A stretch of 64,000 nt of DNA from an uncultured virus (IMG/VR IMGVR_UViG_3300008117_000066) (taxonomy: Duplodnaviria > Heunggongvirae > Uroviricota > Caudoviricetes), in the IMG/VR virus record IMGVR_UViG_3300008117_000066. One strand, written 5' to 3'. Positions 1 through 9,097 of the stretch are shown one piece after another (within the stretch, counting starts at the first letter, position 1; each line of letters begins with the position of its first letter). A model generated the notes under the pieces. The model worked only from the letters and a program-made list of their open reading frames with translations. It was not told the DNA's origin and ran no database searches. The position numbers were made by a program, and so were the translations under genes.

Positions 1-1
1 T

Positions 2-853
2 ATCGCTGACTCTATCTCACCTGATGACGTGAGACTTACAACATTCGAACTCGAGTATCCGCGCTTTATTCACGCGGAGTTCATGACGCACCGCCTGTTC
101 TCGCGCAATGCTGCTTCGTCGCGCGCAATTCCAGTAAGTAAAATGATTGACTTGGTTGAAACAAACACAGCCAAACCTATTCACTGGGGCAAGAACCAGC
201 CAGGAATGAGTGCGAAGGAAGAACTAAGCGCAGAAGAAGGAACGATGATTTGGTTGCAGGCTATGAAGTCTGCGGTTGAATACGCTAATCGTTATGCGTT
301 TGCTGGCTATCACAAACAGCTAGTCAATCGCATCCTTGAACCATTCACTATGATCAAAGTTGTTTGTACTGCTACGGAGTTTGACAACTTCTTCTGGCTG
401 CGCAATCATCCTGACGCGCAACCAGAGATTCACGAACTGGCGCGAGTGATGTGGGAAGAGTACACAAAATCCGTTCCCATCAAGCTAAATCCAGGAGCAT
501 GGCATGTTCCATATTTTAGAAGTGGATTTTGGTCGCCTAATACGGAAGAAAGCCTAGAAGACGCATTGGCTATTTCATCATCGTGCTGCGCTCAGGTATC
601 GTACCGCAGACTAGATGATTCGCTTGAAAAGGCTCGTGATATCTTCAAGCGTCTGGTAGAATCAAAACCAGTTCACGCTTCGCCATTCGAGCATCAAGCT
701 ACACCGCTGACCTATGGTATGGCTGGTGACATTCAGGTGAAAGGAACGACTGGATTTGACAATAAAGGTAATGCGTGGTCTGGCAACTTCCGACAGTGGA
801 TACAGCACCGTCAGTTGATTGATGATCATAGCTGTTGGTCTTACAAAAAATAA
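2..853 (+). CDS. thyX: Flavin-dependent thymidylate synthase (5' end runs off the window)
   Basis: ThyX-like motif THRLFSRNAASSR and C-terminal HASPFEHQA; the frame is open back to position 2 (IADSISPDDVRLTT...). Confidence 0.9.
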   Translation: MADSISPDDVRLTTFELEYPRFIHAEFMTHRLFSRNAASSRAIPVSKMIDLVETNTAKPIHWGKNQPGMSAKEELSAEEGTMIWLQAMKSAVEYANRYAFAGYHKQLVNRILEPFTMIKVVCTATEFDNFFWLRNHPDAQPEIHELARVMWEEYTKSVPIKLNPGAWHVPYFRSGFWSPNTEESLEDALAISSSCCAQVSYRRLDDSLEKARDIFKRLVESKPVHASPFEHQATPLTYGMAGDIQVKGTTGFDNKGNAWSGNFRQWIQHRQLIDDHSCWSYKK

Positions 854-867
854 AACAAGGAAAACAA

Positions 868-1422
868 ATGAAATCATTTAAATCTTTTATCTTAAACGAA
901 GAAGAATTTTCAGATGATAAACATGTTCATAGAATTGATAATACCAAGATATCGGATTTTAGTTCTAATATGAATACATATCATCATAAAAAAGATTGGA
1001 CTGAATCTGCTTTGTTAAATAAAGAAGATACACCAAAGAAAGGTTGGAAAAAATCAACTGGTGTATTTGCCACAGACGCTCATAGCGTTGCTCCGTATGC
1101 ATCGCCAAGAGGTACTAATTTTGTTCAACACTATGATCAAGACGGAAACTCGCAATTAGCTTTTGATGAGAAAGATAAAGAAAAAATTAAAGCTCATAGA
1201 CCTATTGTATCATCTTTTCCAAAGGAACGATTCAAACACATAGAAACATCTGGTGAATCTTTTTCTGAAAACCCTGGGAAACCAGAAAAACAAAGTACAA
1301 TTAAAAATCCTGTGAAGTTTATGCAACAAAATGGACATAACGTACAGTTTGTCCCAGATCTAAAAGATTACAAAAGAAACTTGGAAAAAAACAAAATAGA
1401 GCATAATTCCGAAGGGCTTTAA
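868..1422 (+). CDS. Hypothetical protein with an internal-head-protein-like N-terminus (MKSFKSFILNE)
   Basis: AAGGA SD before ATG 868; AT-rich gene between thyX and nrdA; N-terminus resembles the T4 IP capsid-targeting sequence. Confidence 0.6.
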   Translation: MKSFKSFILNEEEFSDDKHVHRIDNTKISDFSSNMNTYHHKKDWTESALLNKEDTPKKGWKKSTGVFATDAHSVAPYASPRGTNFVQHYDQDGNSQLAFDEKDKEKIKAHRPIVSSFPKERFKHIETSGESFSENPGKPEKQSTIKNPVKFMQQNGHNVQFVPDLKDYKRNLEKNKIEHNSEGL

Positions 1423-1449
1423 TAATACAATCAAATAATGGAGTAGTAA

Positions 1450-3246
1450 ATGGAAGATAAAATTAACGGGATAAAGATTGACTATTCTCGTGATCAGTTG
1501 TTCGATTCTCTTGGCATCAAGCGCCTGAAAGAATCATATATGACACCAGATGAAGTTTCACCACAGGAACGTTTTGCATTCGTTTCATCGAAGTTCTCGT
1601 CCAACCCAGAACATGCGCAGCGCCTGTACGATTATTCATCAAAACATTGGTTGTCATATGCAACCCCAATTCTTTCTTTTGGTCGTACCAAGAAAGGTCT
1701 TCCGATTAGTTGCTTTTTGAATTACATGCACGACTCCTCAGAGGGTCTTGTCGATACTTTATCTGAAACCAATTGGCTGTCGATGCTTGGTGGTGGTGTT
1801 GGTATTGGTCTTGGTATTCGTGCGTCTGATGAAAAATCAACGGGCATCATGCCCCACCTGAAGATCTATGACGCATCTTGTTTGGCTTATCGCCAGGGCA
1901 CGACACGCCGTGGTTCCTATGCTGCCTATCTGGATATCTCGCACCCAGACGTTATTCAGTTCCTGGAAATGCGTAAGCCTACTGGTGACCAGAATGTTCG
2001 CTGTCTGAACCTTCATCATGGTATCAATATCACCGATGATTTCATGCAGATCATCGAGCGTTGTATGCTGGACAAAGATGAAGACGATTCATGGAAATTG
2101 ATCGACCCAGCTTCCAAGGAAGTGCGTGAGGTTGTGTCTGCCAAAGATCTTTGGATGAAAATCATTGAGCTGAGAATGATGACTGGTGAGCCATACATTC
2201 ATTTTATTGATGCATCCAATCGTGCAATGCCACAGTTCCTGAAAGACCGTGGTCTGAAGATTCATCAGTCGAACCTTTGCTCTGAGATCATTTTACCGAC
2301 AGACAAGAAGCGTACAGCCGTGTGTTGCTTGTCTTCTGTCAACCTGGAATACTTTGATGAGTGGATTGATAACCCGTTGTTCCTGAAAGACATTGCAGAA
2401 ATGCTTGATAATGTGTTACAATACTTCATTGATAACGCACCGAATGAAATCAAGAGAGCCAAGTATTCGGCTGCTCGTGAGCGTTCTATTGGTATCGGTG
2501 CTTTGGGTTTCCATGCTTACTTGCAGAAGAATGGTGTCCCATTCGAGTCTGCTTTGGCTAAGTCAGCAAACATGAGAATCTTTGGTCGAATGCAATCACT
2601 CTTAAAAGTGGCTAATCTTGAGCTTGGTGCAGAACGTGGTGAAGCACCAGACGCAGAAGGCACTGGACAACGTTTCTCGCATATGCAAGCAATCGCACCA
2701 AATGCTTCGAGTTCGATCATCATGGGCAACACATCGCCTTCTATCGAGCCTTATCGTGCCAATGCGTACCGCCAGGATACCCTGTCTGGTGCACACTTCA
2801 CTAAGAACAAGTTCCTCGACAAAGTGATTCGTGATGCGTGTGAGTCGGATGCTAAATTAAACTATGAAGATATTTGGTCTTCTATTACTGCAAACGATGG
2901 TTCTGTACAACACTTGGAGTGGATGAATGAATATACAAAAGATGTATTTAAAACATCAATGGAAATTGATCAACGCTGGCTGGTCGAACATGCAGCAGAT
3001 CGTCAATCTTTTATTGACCAGGGTCAATCCCTTAACTTATTTTTCCGTCCAGATGCTAACATTAAGTATCTTCATGCTGTACACTTTATGGCGTGGAAGT
3101 TGGGATTGAAGACTCTGTACTACTGCCGTTCCGAAAAGATCGGTAAGGCTGATAAAGTATCGAAGCGTATCGAGCGTCAGATCATTAAAGAGATTGATTT
3201 GAAATCAATTGTCGATGGTAATGATTGTTTAGCATGTGAAGGTTGA
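1450..3246 (+). CDS. nrdA: Ribonucleotide reductase class Ia alpha subunit (short, no obvious ATP cone)
   Basis: ISCF, SNLCSEI (thiyl Cys), VCCLSS, APNASSS, LKTLYY and C-terminal CLACEG. Confidence 0.97.
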   Translation: MEDKINGIKIDYSRDQLFDSLGIKRLKESYMTPDEVSPQERFAFVSSKFSSNPEHAQRLYDYSSKHWLSYATPILSFGRTKKGLPISCFLNYMHDSSEGLVDTLSETNWLSMLGGGVGIGLGIRASDEKSTGIMPHLKIYDASCLAYRQGTTRRGSYAAYLDISHPDVIQFLEMRKPTGDQNVRCLNLHHGINITDDFMQIIERCMLDKDEDDSWKLIDPASKEVREVVSAKDLWMKIIELRMMTGEPYIHFIDASNRAMPQFLKDRGLKIHQSNLCSEIILPTDKKRTAVCCLSSVNLEYFDEWIDNPLFLKDIAEMLDNVLQYFIDNAPNEIKRAKYSAARERSIGIGALGFHAYLQKNGVPFESALAKSANMRIFGRMQSLLKVANLELGAERGEAPDAEGTGQRFSHMQAIAPNASSSIIMGNTSPSIEPYRANAYRQDTLSGAHFTKNKFLDKVIRDACESDAKLNYEDIWSSITANDGSVQHLEWMNEYTKDVFKTSMEIDQRWLVEHAADRQSFIDQGQSLNLFFRPDANIKYLHAVHFMAWKLGLKTLYYCRSEKIGKADKVSKRIERQIIKEIDLKSIVDGNDCLACEG

Positions 3247-3247
3247 T

Positions 3248-3661
3248 ATGAACCCTGATAATAAAGTAAAACACCAACGTAAGTCTTTGGCTTTTATTGT
3301 CAGGACTCATAATGTGAAAGCAGAAGATTTCATCAGGCAGATAAATCTTTTGAGCAATTTCTATGATATTGATATCTATTCGTTCTATAGAATCCCTGCG
3401 ATCATGAAGTACACTCAGTTCCCGCCAGGAACGGGTGTACAGAACTTCCCAGCGTTTATACCGAAAGGTAAGTATGAACTGGCATATCTATATCTAGACG
3501 ATAATGCCAACAGCTACACCATGCAACAAAACCTAAAGAAGCTTGGAATCAAAACACTAAGCAAAACCGTAATCCGAGAAGAAGCACCCAAGAAAGAAGA
3601 AAAGGAAGAAAAAGAGAATGACAAAGCAGCTGACGCTACAAGACAATCGTTCGTACTTTAA
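3248..3661 (+). CDS. Hypothetical protein between nrdA and nrdB
   Basis: ATG just after the nrdA stop; about 137 aa; overlaps the nrdB start by 44 nt. Confidence 0.55.
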   Translation: MNPDNKVKHQRKSLAFIVRTHNVKAEDFIRQINLLSNFYDIDIYSFYRIPAIMKYTQFPPGTGVQNFPAFIPKGKYELAYLYLDDNANSYTMQQNLKKLGIKTLSKTVIREEAPKKEEKEEKENDKAADATRQSFVL

Positions 3662-4589
3662 GCCGTTCCAGTATGCGTGGGCATACGATGCGTGGCTCAA
3701 GCACGAACAGAGCCACTGGCTTCATACCGAAGTACCAATGAATGAAGATGTGAAGGATTGGAAGCACAAGTTGACTGGCGGAGAAAAATATTTTCTAACC
3801 AACATTTTCCGCTTCTTCACCCAGGGTGATATTGACGTTGCTGGCGCTTATGTAACCAGCTATCTGCCACACTTCCCGCAACCAGAAGTCAGAATGATGC
3901 TTCTTGGCTTCGCTGCCCGTGAAGCCTTGCATATCGCTGCATACTCGCACCTGATCGAAACGCTTGGTCTTCCAGAAACGACCTACAACGAGTTCCTGGA
4001 ATACACTGCGATGAAAGAGAAGCACGAGTATGTCGAGAGTATGAACACTGGTGATGTATCCCAAATGGCTCAGAACATCGCGGTATTCTCTGCGTTCACT
4101 GAGGGTATGCAGTTGTTCTCATCTTTCATCATGCTTCTGAACTTCCCACGTCACGGTAAGATGAAGGGTATGGGGCAGATCATTACCTGGTCTATTGTTG
4201 ATGAAACTCAGCACACCGAGAACATGGTGAAACTCTTCAGAACATACATAGAAGAGAACCGAGAAGTATGGAACGATGAATTGAAGGGACAACTCTACAC
4301 AATCGCCAGTAAGATGGTTGATCTGGAAGACAAGTTCATCGATCTGTCGTTCAATATGGGTTCTATGGAAGATTTAACATCAGATGAGGTTAAGAACTAC
4401 ATTCGTTATATTACGGACCGTAGGCTCATTTCCTTGGGGTTGAAAGGAATCTTTGGTATCAAGAAGAATCCACTACCTTGGGTCGAGCATATGATTAACG
4501 CACCAACACATACAAACTTCTTTGAAAACCGTGCAACGGACTACGCTCGTGGTGCATTGTCGGGAAAATGGGATGATGTATGGGCTTAA
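3618..4589 (+). CDS. nrdB: Ribonucleotide reductase class Ia beta subunit
   Basis: FFTQGD, EALHIAAY, EGMQLFSSF, DETQH and NFFE diiron/tyrosyl-radical motifs. Confidence 0.97.
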   Translation: MTKQLTLQDNRSYFKPFQYAWAYDAWLKHEQSHWLHTEVPMNEDVKDWKHKLTGGEKYFLTNIFRFFTQGDIDVAGAYVTSYLPHFPQPEVRMMLLGFAAREALHIAAYSHLIETLGLPETTYNEFLEYTAMKEKHEYVESMNTGDVSQMAQNIAVFSAFTEGMQLFSSFIMLLNFPRHGKMKGMGQIITWSIVDETQHTENMVKLFRTYIEENREVWNDELKGQLYTIASKMVDLEDKFIDLSFNMGSMEDLTSDEVKNYIRYITDRRLISLGLKGIFGIKKNPLPWVEHMINAPTHTNFFENRATDYARGALSGKWDDVWA

Positions 4590-4600
4590 AGGGAAAACTA

Positions 4601-4732
4601 ATGGACGAACACAGATGCGAAGAATGTGAGTCATTATTCACAGTTGAATTCGTAGATGGTCTATCGGATGGGGTAGTTTCCTACTGCCCTTTCTGTGGCG
4701 AAGAAGTATCTGATGGTGAAGACGAAGACTAA
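4601..4732 (+). CDS. Small zinc-ribbon protein, 43 aa (MDEHRCEEC...CPFCG...)
   Basis: Translated by hand; two CxxC pairs; GGGA SD. Confidence 0.7.
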   Translation: MDEHRCEECESLFTVEFVDGLSDGVVSYCPFCGEEVSDGEDED

Positions 4733-4757
4733 ATACTGATTTAGTCTGGAGCTTCAC

Positions 4758-5195
4758 ATGTGGTTGTATAACGGATCGCCAATAGAAGAGATCCCTGATG
4801 GTTACTATGGTTTTATTTACCTGATCGAAAACAACGAGTCGGGTAAGAAATACATCGGCAGAAAATATTTCACTGCTGCGAAGACTCGCCAGGTTAAAGG
4901 TAAGAAAAAGAAGTCCCGTGTTGAGTCTGATTGGAAAGGCTACTACGGGTCGAGTGAAATCCTATTAAAAGATATTGATGTTTTTGGTAAAGATAAATTT
5001 ACCAGAAAGATCATACGCTTATGCAAGACTCGCGGTGAAACCAATTATTGGGAAGCCAAATTGCAGTTTCATCTGAACGTTCTTGAAGAAACACTTGCAG
5101 ACGGATCGCCAGCATGGTATAATGGGAACATCCTGGTGAAGTTTACCAGGAAAAATATCGGTAAGATTGACAAAGCCGATAGCATTGTGTTATAA
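4758..5195 (+). CDS. GIY-YIG endonuclease (endonuclease II/DenA-like)
   Basis: GFIYLIEN...KKYIGRK and WYNGNI; late-promoter-like CTAAATA at 4729-4735. Confidence 0.8.
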   Translation: MWLYNGSPIEEIPDGYYGFIYLIENNESGKKYIGRKYFTAAKTRQVKGKKKKSRVESDWKGYYGSSEILLKDIDVFGKDKFTRKIIRLCKTRGETNYWEAKLQFHLNVLEETLADGSPAWYNGNILVKFTRKNIGKIDKADSIVL

Positions 5196-5196
5196 T
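5167..5196 (+). promoter_or_regulatory. Sigma70-type early promoter
   Basis: TTGACA-N18-TATAAT with a TGn extended -10. Confidence 0.8.
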
Positions 5197-5237
5197 CCCC
5201 TTCGCCAATTACGGCAAATTAAACTATGGAGTTTATC

Positions 5238-5459
5238 ATGACAAAATCCGCAAAATTACTGAAAGCCCTGCAAAGTGGTCGTTCCATGACTGTCGAGCAG
5301 ATCCGCACCAAGTTCAACATTGCGAATCCTCGCGCAACCGTTTCTGACCTGAATGAAACCATCAACAACAGAATCGTTGCTACCCGCACCAAAAAGAATG
5401 ATGGTACTGTTTCGTACTCGCTGAAAGGTGCAACCACCGCCAAGAAAAGCAACCGCTAA
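5238..5459 (+). CDS. Small basic HTH/winged-helix-like DNA-binding protein
   Basis: LLKALQSGRSMTVEQIRTKFNIANPRATVSDL has an HTH-like pattern; GGAG SD. Confidence 0.55.
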   Translation: MTKSAKLLKALQSGRSMTVEQIRTKFNIANPRATVSDLNETINNRIVATRTKKNDGTVSYSLKGATTAKKSNR

Positions 5460-5476
5460 TCTTCGTGTAGGCTAAA

Positions 5477-5514
5477 TAGAAATGCCCACTAGAATGGTCT
5501 GGTGGGCATTTCTA
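5477..5514. terminator. 17-bp stem-loop overlapping late-promoter-like CTAAATA (5472-5478)
   Basis: TAGAAATGCCCACTAGA-ATGG-TCTGGTGGGCATTTCTA (one G-U pair). Confidence 0.65.
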
Positions 5515-5528
5515 ATATTGAGGAAACT

Positions 5529-5756
5529 ATGTTTAAGTCAATTATCAAGTGGGTATACAAATCGCTGGGTCTGAGAAAGTACGATATCCGTGATGAAAGA
5601 CCATCACCTGTTGTTGTCGTAGAAAAGAAAAAAGAGGGCGTGGCTGAAGAGCACTACCTTCTTACGTCAAAAGCAAAAACAAAAAAACCAGCTGCCAAAA
5701 AACCAAAAGTTGCTGCTAAGATTACAGCAACCAAGAAAAAGCCGAAAGCCAAATAA
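5529..5756 (+). CDS. Small Lys-rich protein
   Basis: GAGG SD; histone-like KKPAAKKPK tail. Confidence 0.6.
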   Translation: MFKSIIKWVYKSLGLRKYDIRDERPSPVVVVEKKKEGVAEEHYLLTSKAKTKKPAAKKPKVAAKITATKKKPKAK

Positions 5757-5786
5757 AAGAAGCCAGCATTGAGCTGGCTTTCTTTT
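5756..5786. terminator. Bidirectional intrinsic terminator between convergent genes
   Basis: AAAGAAGCCAGC-ATTGA-GCTGGCTTTCTTTT. Confidence 0.8.
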
Positions 5787-6142
5787 TACTTGTGATATGA
5801 TCCGTACAGACAGTGTGCCATTTCATGTCCCAGGGTCATAACATCATCATCGTTTATTTTATCTGGTGGTTTGATATGAATATCACACTGATATGGTGCG
5901 TGTAGATCCCAAGCAGCCCACCCTAAAGATGGATCCGTTGTTCTTGGTTGTTTGTTTTCTCTCTGAAAACGCTGTAGTGCTCTTGTAACATCGCCATACG
6001 ATTCGTGCTCGTATACTGTTACGGTTATTGGCACACCAGTTCTATTGTGCTCTTTTTGCATCGGTGTGTATGATTTTTGTTGCTCACAAGAAGCAAGTAA
6101 CAGAACTGCAATTATTGCACTTATAGCCCAGGGAAATCTCAT
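5786..6142 (-). CDS. Predicted lipoprotein with an HExxH zincin motif
   Basis: Signal peptide with lipobox LLASC; LGHEMAHCLYG; translationally coupled to the endolysin. Confidence 0.7.
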   Translation of the reverse strand: MRFPWAISAIIAVLLLASCEQQKSYTPMQKEHNRTGVPITVTVYEHESYGDVTRALQRFQRENKQPRTTDPSLGWAAWDLHAPYQCDIHIKPPDKINDDDVMTLGHEMAHCLYGSYHK

Positions 6143-6567
6143 GGCAGTTTAGCCAATTGGAAATGCATACCATCTGGTGTTGAAACCCAATCGCCACCCC
6201 AATCGAAGCCAGCGTCTTTGAAGCACTTAACGAAGCCAGCCGACAGAGTTGGCTTTTTCTTCCAACCGTTCCATGCTGCGTTCAAATCAATTGCTAGTCC
6301 CCAGCTGTGTAGGCTGTGTGATGCATTGCCTTTCTTTTTACGAATGTTAAAGCAACCATCCCAGGTTTTAAGTTCTTTAGTTAGACCACGAGCAATCAAA
6401 TTTCTGAATGCTTGTTCTAATGGTTTTACTAGATCTCTATTGCAATAGACTCTCTTTGGGGCAGTTGGAATAGCAGCTTCAATATCTGCTGGGACATCCC
6501 AGACCACCATGCCTTTTTCCAATTCAGGTGCGCCATACTTGGCTAATGCTTGTTTACTTGTTACCAT
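6139..6567 (-). CDS. Endolysin, peptidase M15 family
   Basis: SLHSWGLAIDLN, GFDWGGDW and DGMHFQ; late promoter upstream. Confidence 0.88.
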   Translation of the reverse strand: MVTSKQALAKYGAPELEKGMVVWDVPADIEAAIPTAPKRVYCNRDLVKPLEQAFRNLIARGLTKELKTWDGCFNIRKKKGNASHSLHSWGLAIDLNAAWNGWKKKPTLSAGFVKCFKDAGFDWGGDWVSTPDGMHFQLAKLP

Positions 6568-6581
6568 GTGATCTCTCCTTA

Positions 6582-6610
6582 TTGACTCAAAAGTATTTAT
6601 ATGTTATAAT
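6582..6610. promoter_or_regulatory. Early promoter (+) with a late promoter TATAAATA (-, 6594-6601) inside its spacer
   Basis: TTGACT-N17-TATAAT; the spacer contains TATTTATA. Confidence 0.75.
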
Positions 6611-6638
6611 GGCTCATAGGCATTAATATGGACTTTTT

Positions 6639-7610
6639 ATGGAACTAAACGAATTAAATAAGAACGCTATGGGCGGAACCGAACTTATGATGAAGCGTTT
6701 ACACGACAGCATTGACCAAGATCTCCTGGATCGTTTTCAGATCATCGGATCTCGTGTCAGGGAGTTGAAGGAAGACAAGGTAAGAATCCTGTGGCTCCAC
6801 GACCTTCCCGAAGATCCTGAATCGGCTCACCTGGCTAACGGTGGCTGGAAGAAGTTTCACAAGCTGGTATTCGTATCGAACTGGCAGATGCAGCGTTATA
6901 TTCAAGCTTACGACATTCCGTGGAGCCACTGTGTGGTCATGCGCAATGCTATCGAGCCTTTCGGTGCTGATGCCCTGGAGAAGCCAGACGATGTTATCAA
7001 TATCGCTTACTGGTCCACTCCGCATCGCGGGTTGAATATCCTTATACCAGTGTTCGAGAAGCTTGCCGAAGATCACGATAATATTAAACTGCATGTGTTC
7101 TCCAGCTTCAATCTGTATGGCTGGGGTGAACGCGACAAGCCCTACGAAGAACTATTCGAGCGTTGCCGTCAGCACCCGAAGATCGAATACTACGGGTCGC
7201 TACCAAACGCAGAGCTTCGTGAGCACATCAAGAAGATGCACATTCTGGCTTACCCAAGCACCTGGGTTGAGACTTCGTGCTTGGTGCTGATGGAAGCCAT
7301 GTCTGCTGGTCTGAACTGCGTACACTCCGATCTGGGGGCACTGTATGAAACTGCTGCCAACCTAACTACTATGTACCACTTCGATGAAGATCAAAACCGC
7401 CATGCGGGATTGTTTTATCAAATCATGCGTGGTACTATACAAAGTAACGAAGGTTTCAAACGTAATGCTGTCGTTCAGCAAGCCTATGCTAACATGGCAC
7501 ACAGTTGGGAATATCGAAAAAGCCAATGGGAAGCCCTGTTGTTGAGTCTGAAAGATTCACCAACCGATCTACCGAAAGACGATGTTGAATACTTTACTTA
7601 TTCTATCTAA
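6639..7610 (+). CDS. Glycosyltransferase, GT-B fold (GT4-like)
   Basis: MGGTE, LWLHD, STPHRGL and YPSTWVETSCLVLMEAMSAG. Confidence 0.85.
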   Translation: MELNELNKNAMGGTELMMKRLHDSIDQDLLDRFQIIGSRVRELKEDKVRILWLHDLPEDPESAHLANGGWKKFHKLVFVSNWQMQRYIQAYDIPWSHCVVMRNAIEPFGADALEKPDDVINIAYWSTPHRGLNILIPVFEKLAEDHDNIKLHVFSSFNLYGWGERDKPYEELFERCRQHPKIEYYGSLPNAELREHIKKMHILAYPSTWVETSCLVLMEAMSAGLNCVHSDLGALYETAANLTTMYHFDEDQNRHAGLFYQIMRGTIQSNEGFKRNAVVQQAYANMAHSWEYRKSQWEALLLSLKDSPTDLPKDDVEYFTYSI

Positions 7611-7619
7611 GGTATAACT

Positions 7620-8735
7620 ATGAAAGCGAAGTCTCCAAAAAAACGAGTGACCATTACTGATAAGTATATTGGTTCTGAACCAGTCATTATTGGACAGCCG
7701 AATAAGGTGGAACTGGCTAAAGCTTTGTCTTGGTACAACTACATGTATGATGCCAAAAGTGCTAAAGAATACATCATCGATTATATGAAGAGTAACTCGT
7801 TCTACACAAAGAACGATCTTCAGCGTGTTCGCAATTGCAGCGATAACTATTTTGGTATCACTGTCCCAAGCCTTGCCAGAATGTTGACAAATGGAACTGA
7901 GTTGTGTGAAGCACACACTCACATGGTCCACCACATGATCAATAGCGCAATCATTTCAAAGTTAGACACTGTAGAAGTAATTAATGAACAACCAGGCAAT
8001 ACCGTCAGCGTCCGTGATCGAGTCGAAAACAAAGCGAATCAAGTCATTAATGATATCGATCAGGTTGTTGACCTGGTTCTCAAAACCCGCAAAGCAACTG
8101 ACTTTTCTTCTTATGACTATTTTAGGTCTAATGATCTTTCTGGTGCTGTTGTCCGTATTGTTGCCAGTTGCTACGCTCCTACTCTTGACGAACTTAATGG
8201 TGCGTTGGGTGGTGATAAAAAACTATTTGAGGGCTACTCGTCATTTACCAGCAAAGAACTGAAAGTTCTTAGGGACACTATCAAGGCTATCATTGACGAT
8301 TGCGATAGGTACGTCAACAACAAGAAGGTTCTCCGTGCTGTTAAGCCGAAGAAAGTCAAGCAGAAGTCTTCTGTCCAGTTGGTGTCTAAGTTGAAGTACA
8401 AGAAAGCAGATGAAACACTGCGACTTGTCAGCGTTGCGCCACATGACATTATCGGATGTGACACGCTATGGGTTTACAATACCGAAACTCGAATGCTTGG
8501 TAAGTACCAGGCTGAGATTGGAAAGTCGTTGAGTGTTGCTGGTACGACTATCCAGAACTTCGATTCAGATCTGTCTGCTGCAAAGAAACTCAGAAAGCCC
8601 GAAGAAGCACTCAAGGCTATGCTGGCTTGCACCAAACCGCAGTTGAAGAAGTTTCTTGGTACGCTAACTACTACAGAAACCAAGTTAACTGGTCGAATCA
8701 ACGAAGACACAATTTTATTAAAGGCAATCAAATGA
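7620..8735 (+). CDS. Hypothetical protein, 371 aa
   Basis: Long ORF in operon context upstream of rnh; no recognised motif. Confidence 0.75.
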   Translation: MKAKSPKKRVTITDKYIGSEPVIIGQPNKVELAKALSWYNYMYDAKSAKEYIIDYMKSNSFYTKNDLQRVRNCSDNYFGITVPSLARMLTNGTELCEAHTHMVHHMINSAIISKLDTVEVINEQPGNTVSVRDRVENKANQVINDIDQVVDLVLKTRKATDFSSYDYFRSNDLSGAVVRIVASCYAPTLDELNGALGGDKKLFEGYSSFTSKELKVLRDTIKAIIDDCDRYVNNKKVLRAVKPKKVKQKSSVQLVSKLKYKKADETLRLVSVAPHDIIGCDTLWVYNTETRMLGKYQAEIGKSLSVAGTTIQNFDSDLSAAKKLRKPEEALKAMLACTKPQLKKFLGTLTTTETKLTGRINEDTILLKAIK

Positions 8736-9097
8736 CAAACGTAGTTCGCTTTCCATCGGAAAAGATACCATCCAAGCCAGAAAACCTCGGTATGCCACCA
8801 ATGACAGAAGAGCAAATGGATGATTATGCGTCTGAAGTTTCTGCTAATATCTGTAGTATGTTAATTGCTGAATTTATAGAGAATGGTTTCTCCCTGGAAG
8901 ATGCTAACGATAATTACTTCAAAGATGTTGCGTTGGTTCTTGAAGCGATGCGAAGTGTTGTTTTTAGAATGTATAATAAAAAACATGCTTTACACGAATT
9001 AGCCGATAGCGTTTTTATGCTTGAGAGTTCCGACAAGGGTATGGTATCCATACGAATGTTGGGTGAGGAAGATGAAGATGATAATCCTGGATCTTAA
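8732..9097 (+). CDS. Hypothetical protein (MTNVVRFP...)
   Basis: ATGA overlap with the upstream stop. Confidence 0.7.
   Translation: MTNVVRFPSEKIPSKPENLGMPPMTEEQMDDYASEVSANICSMLIAEFIENGFSLEDANDNYFKDVALVLEAMRSVVFRMYNKKHALHELADSVFMLESSDKGMVSIRMLGEEDEDDNPGS

Noticed and set aside
1450..4589. Introns or inteins in nrdA/nrdB
   Set aside because: Both ORFs are continuous, of compact length, and lack intein motifs.
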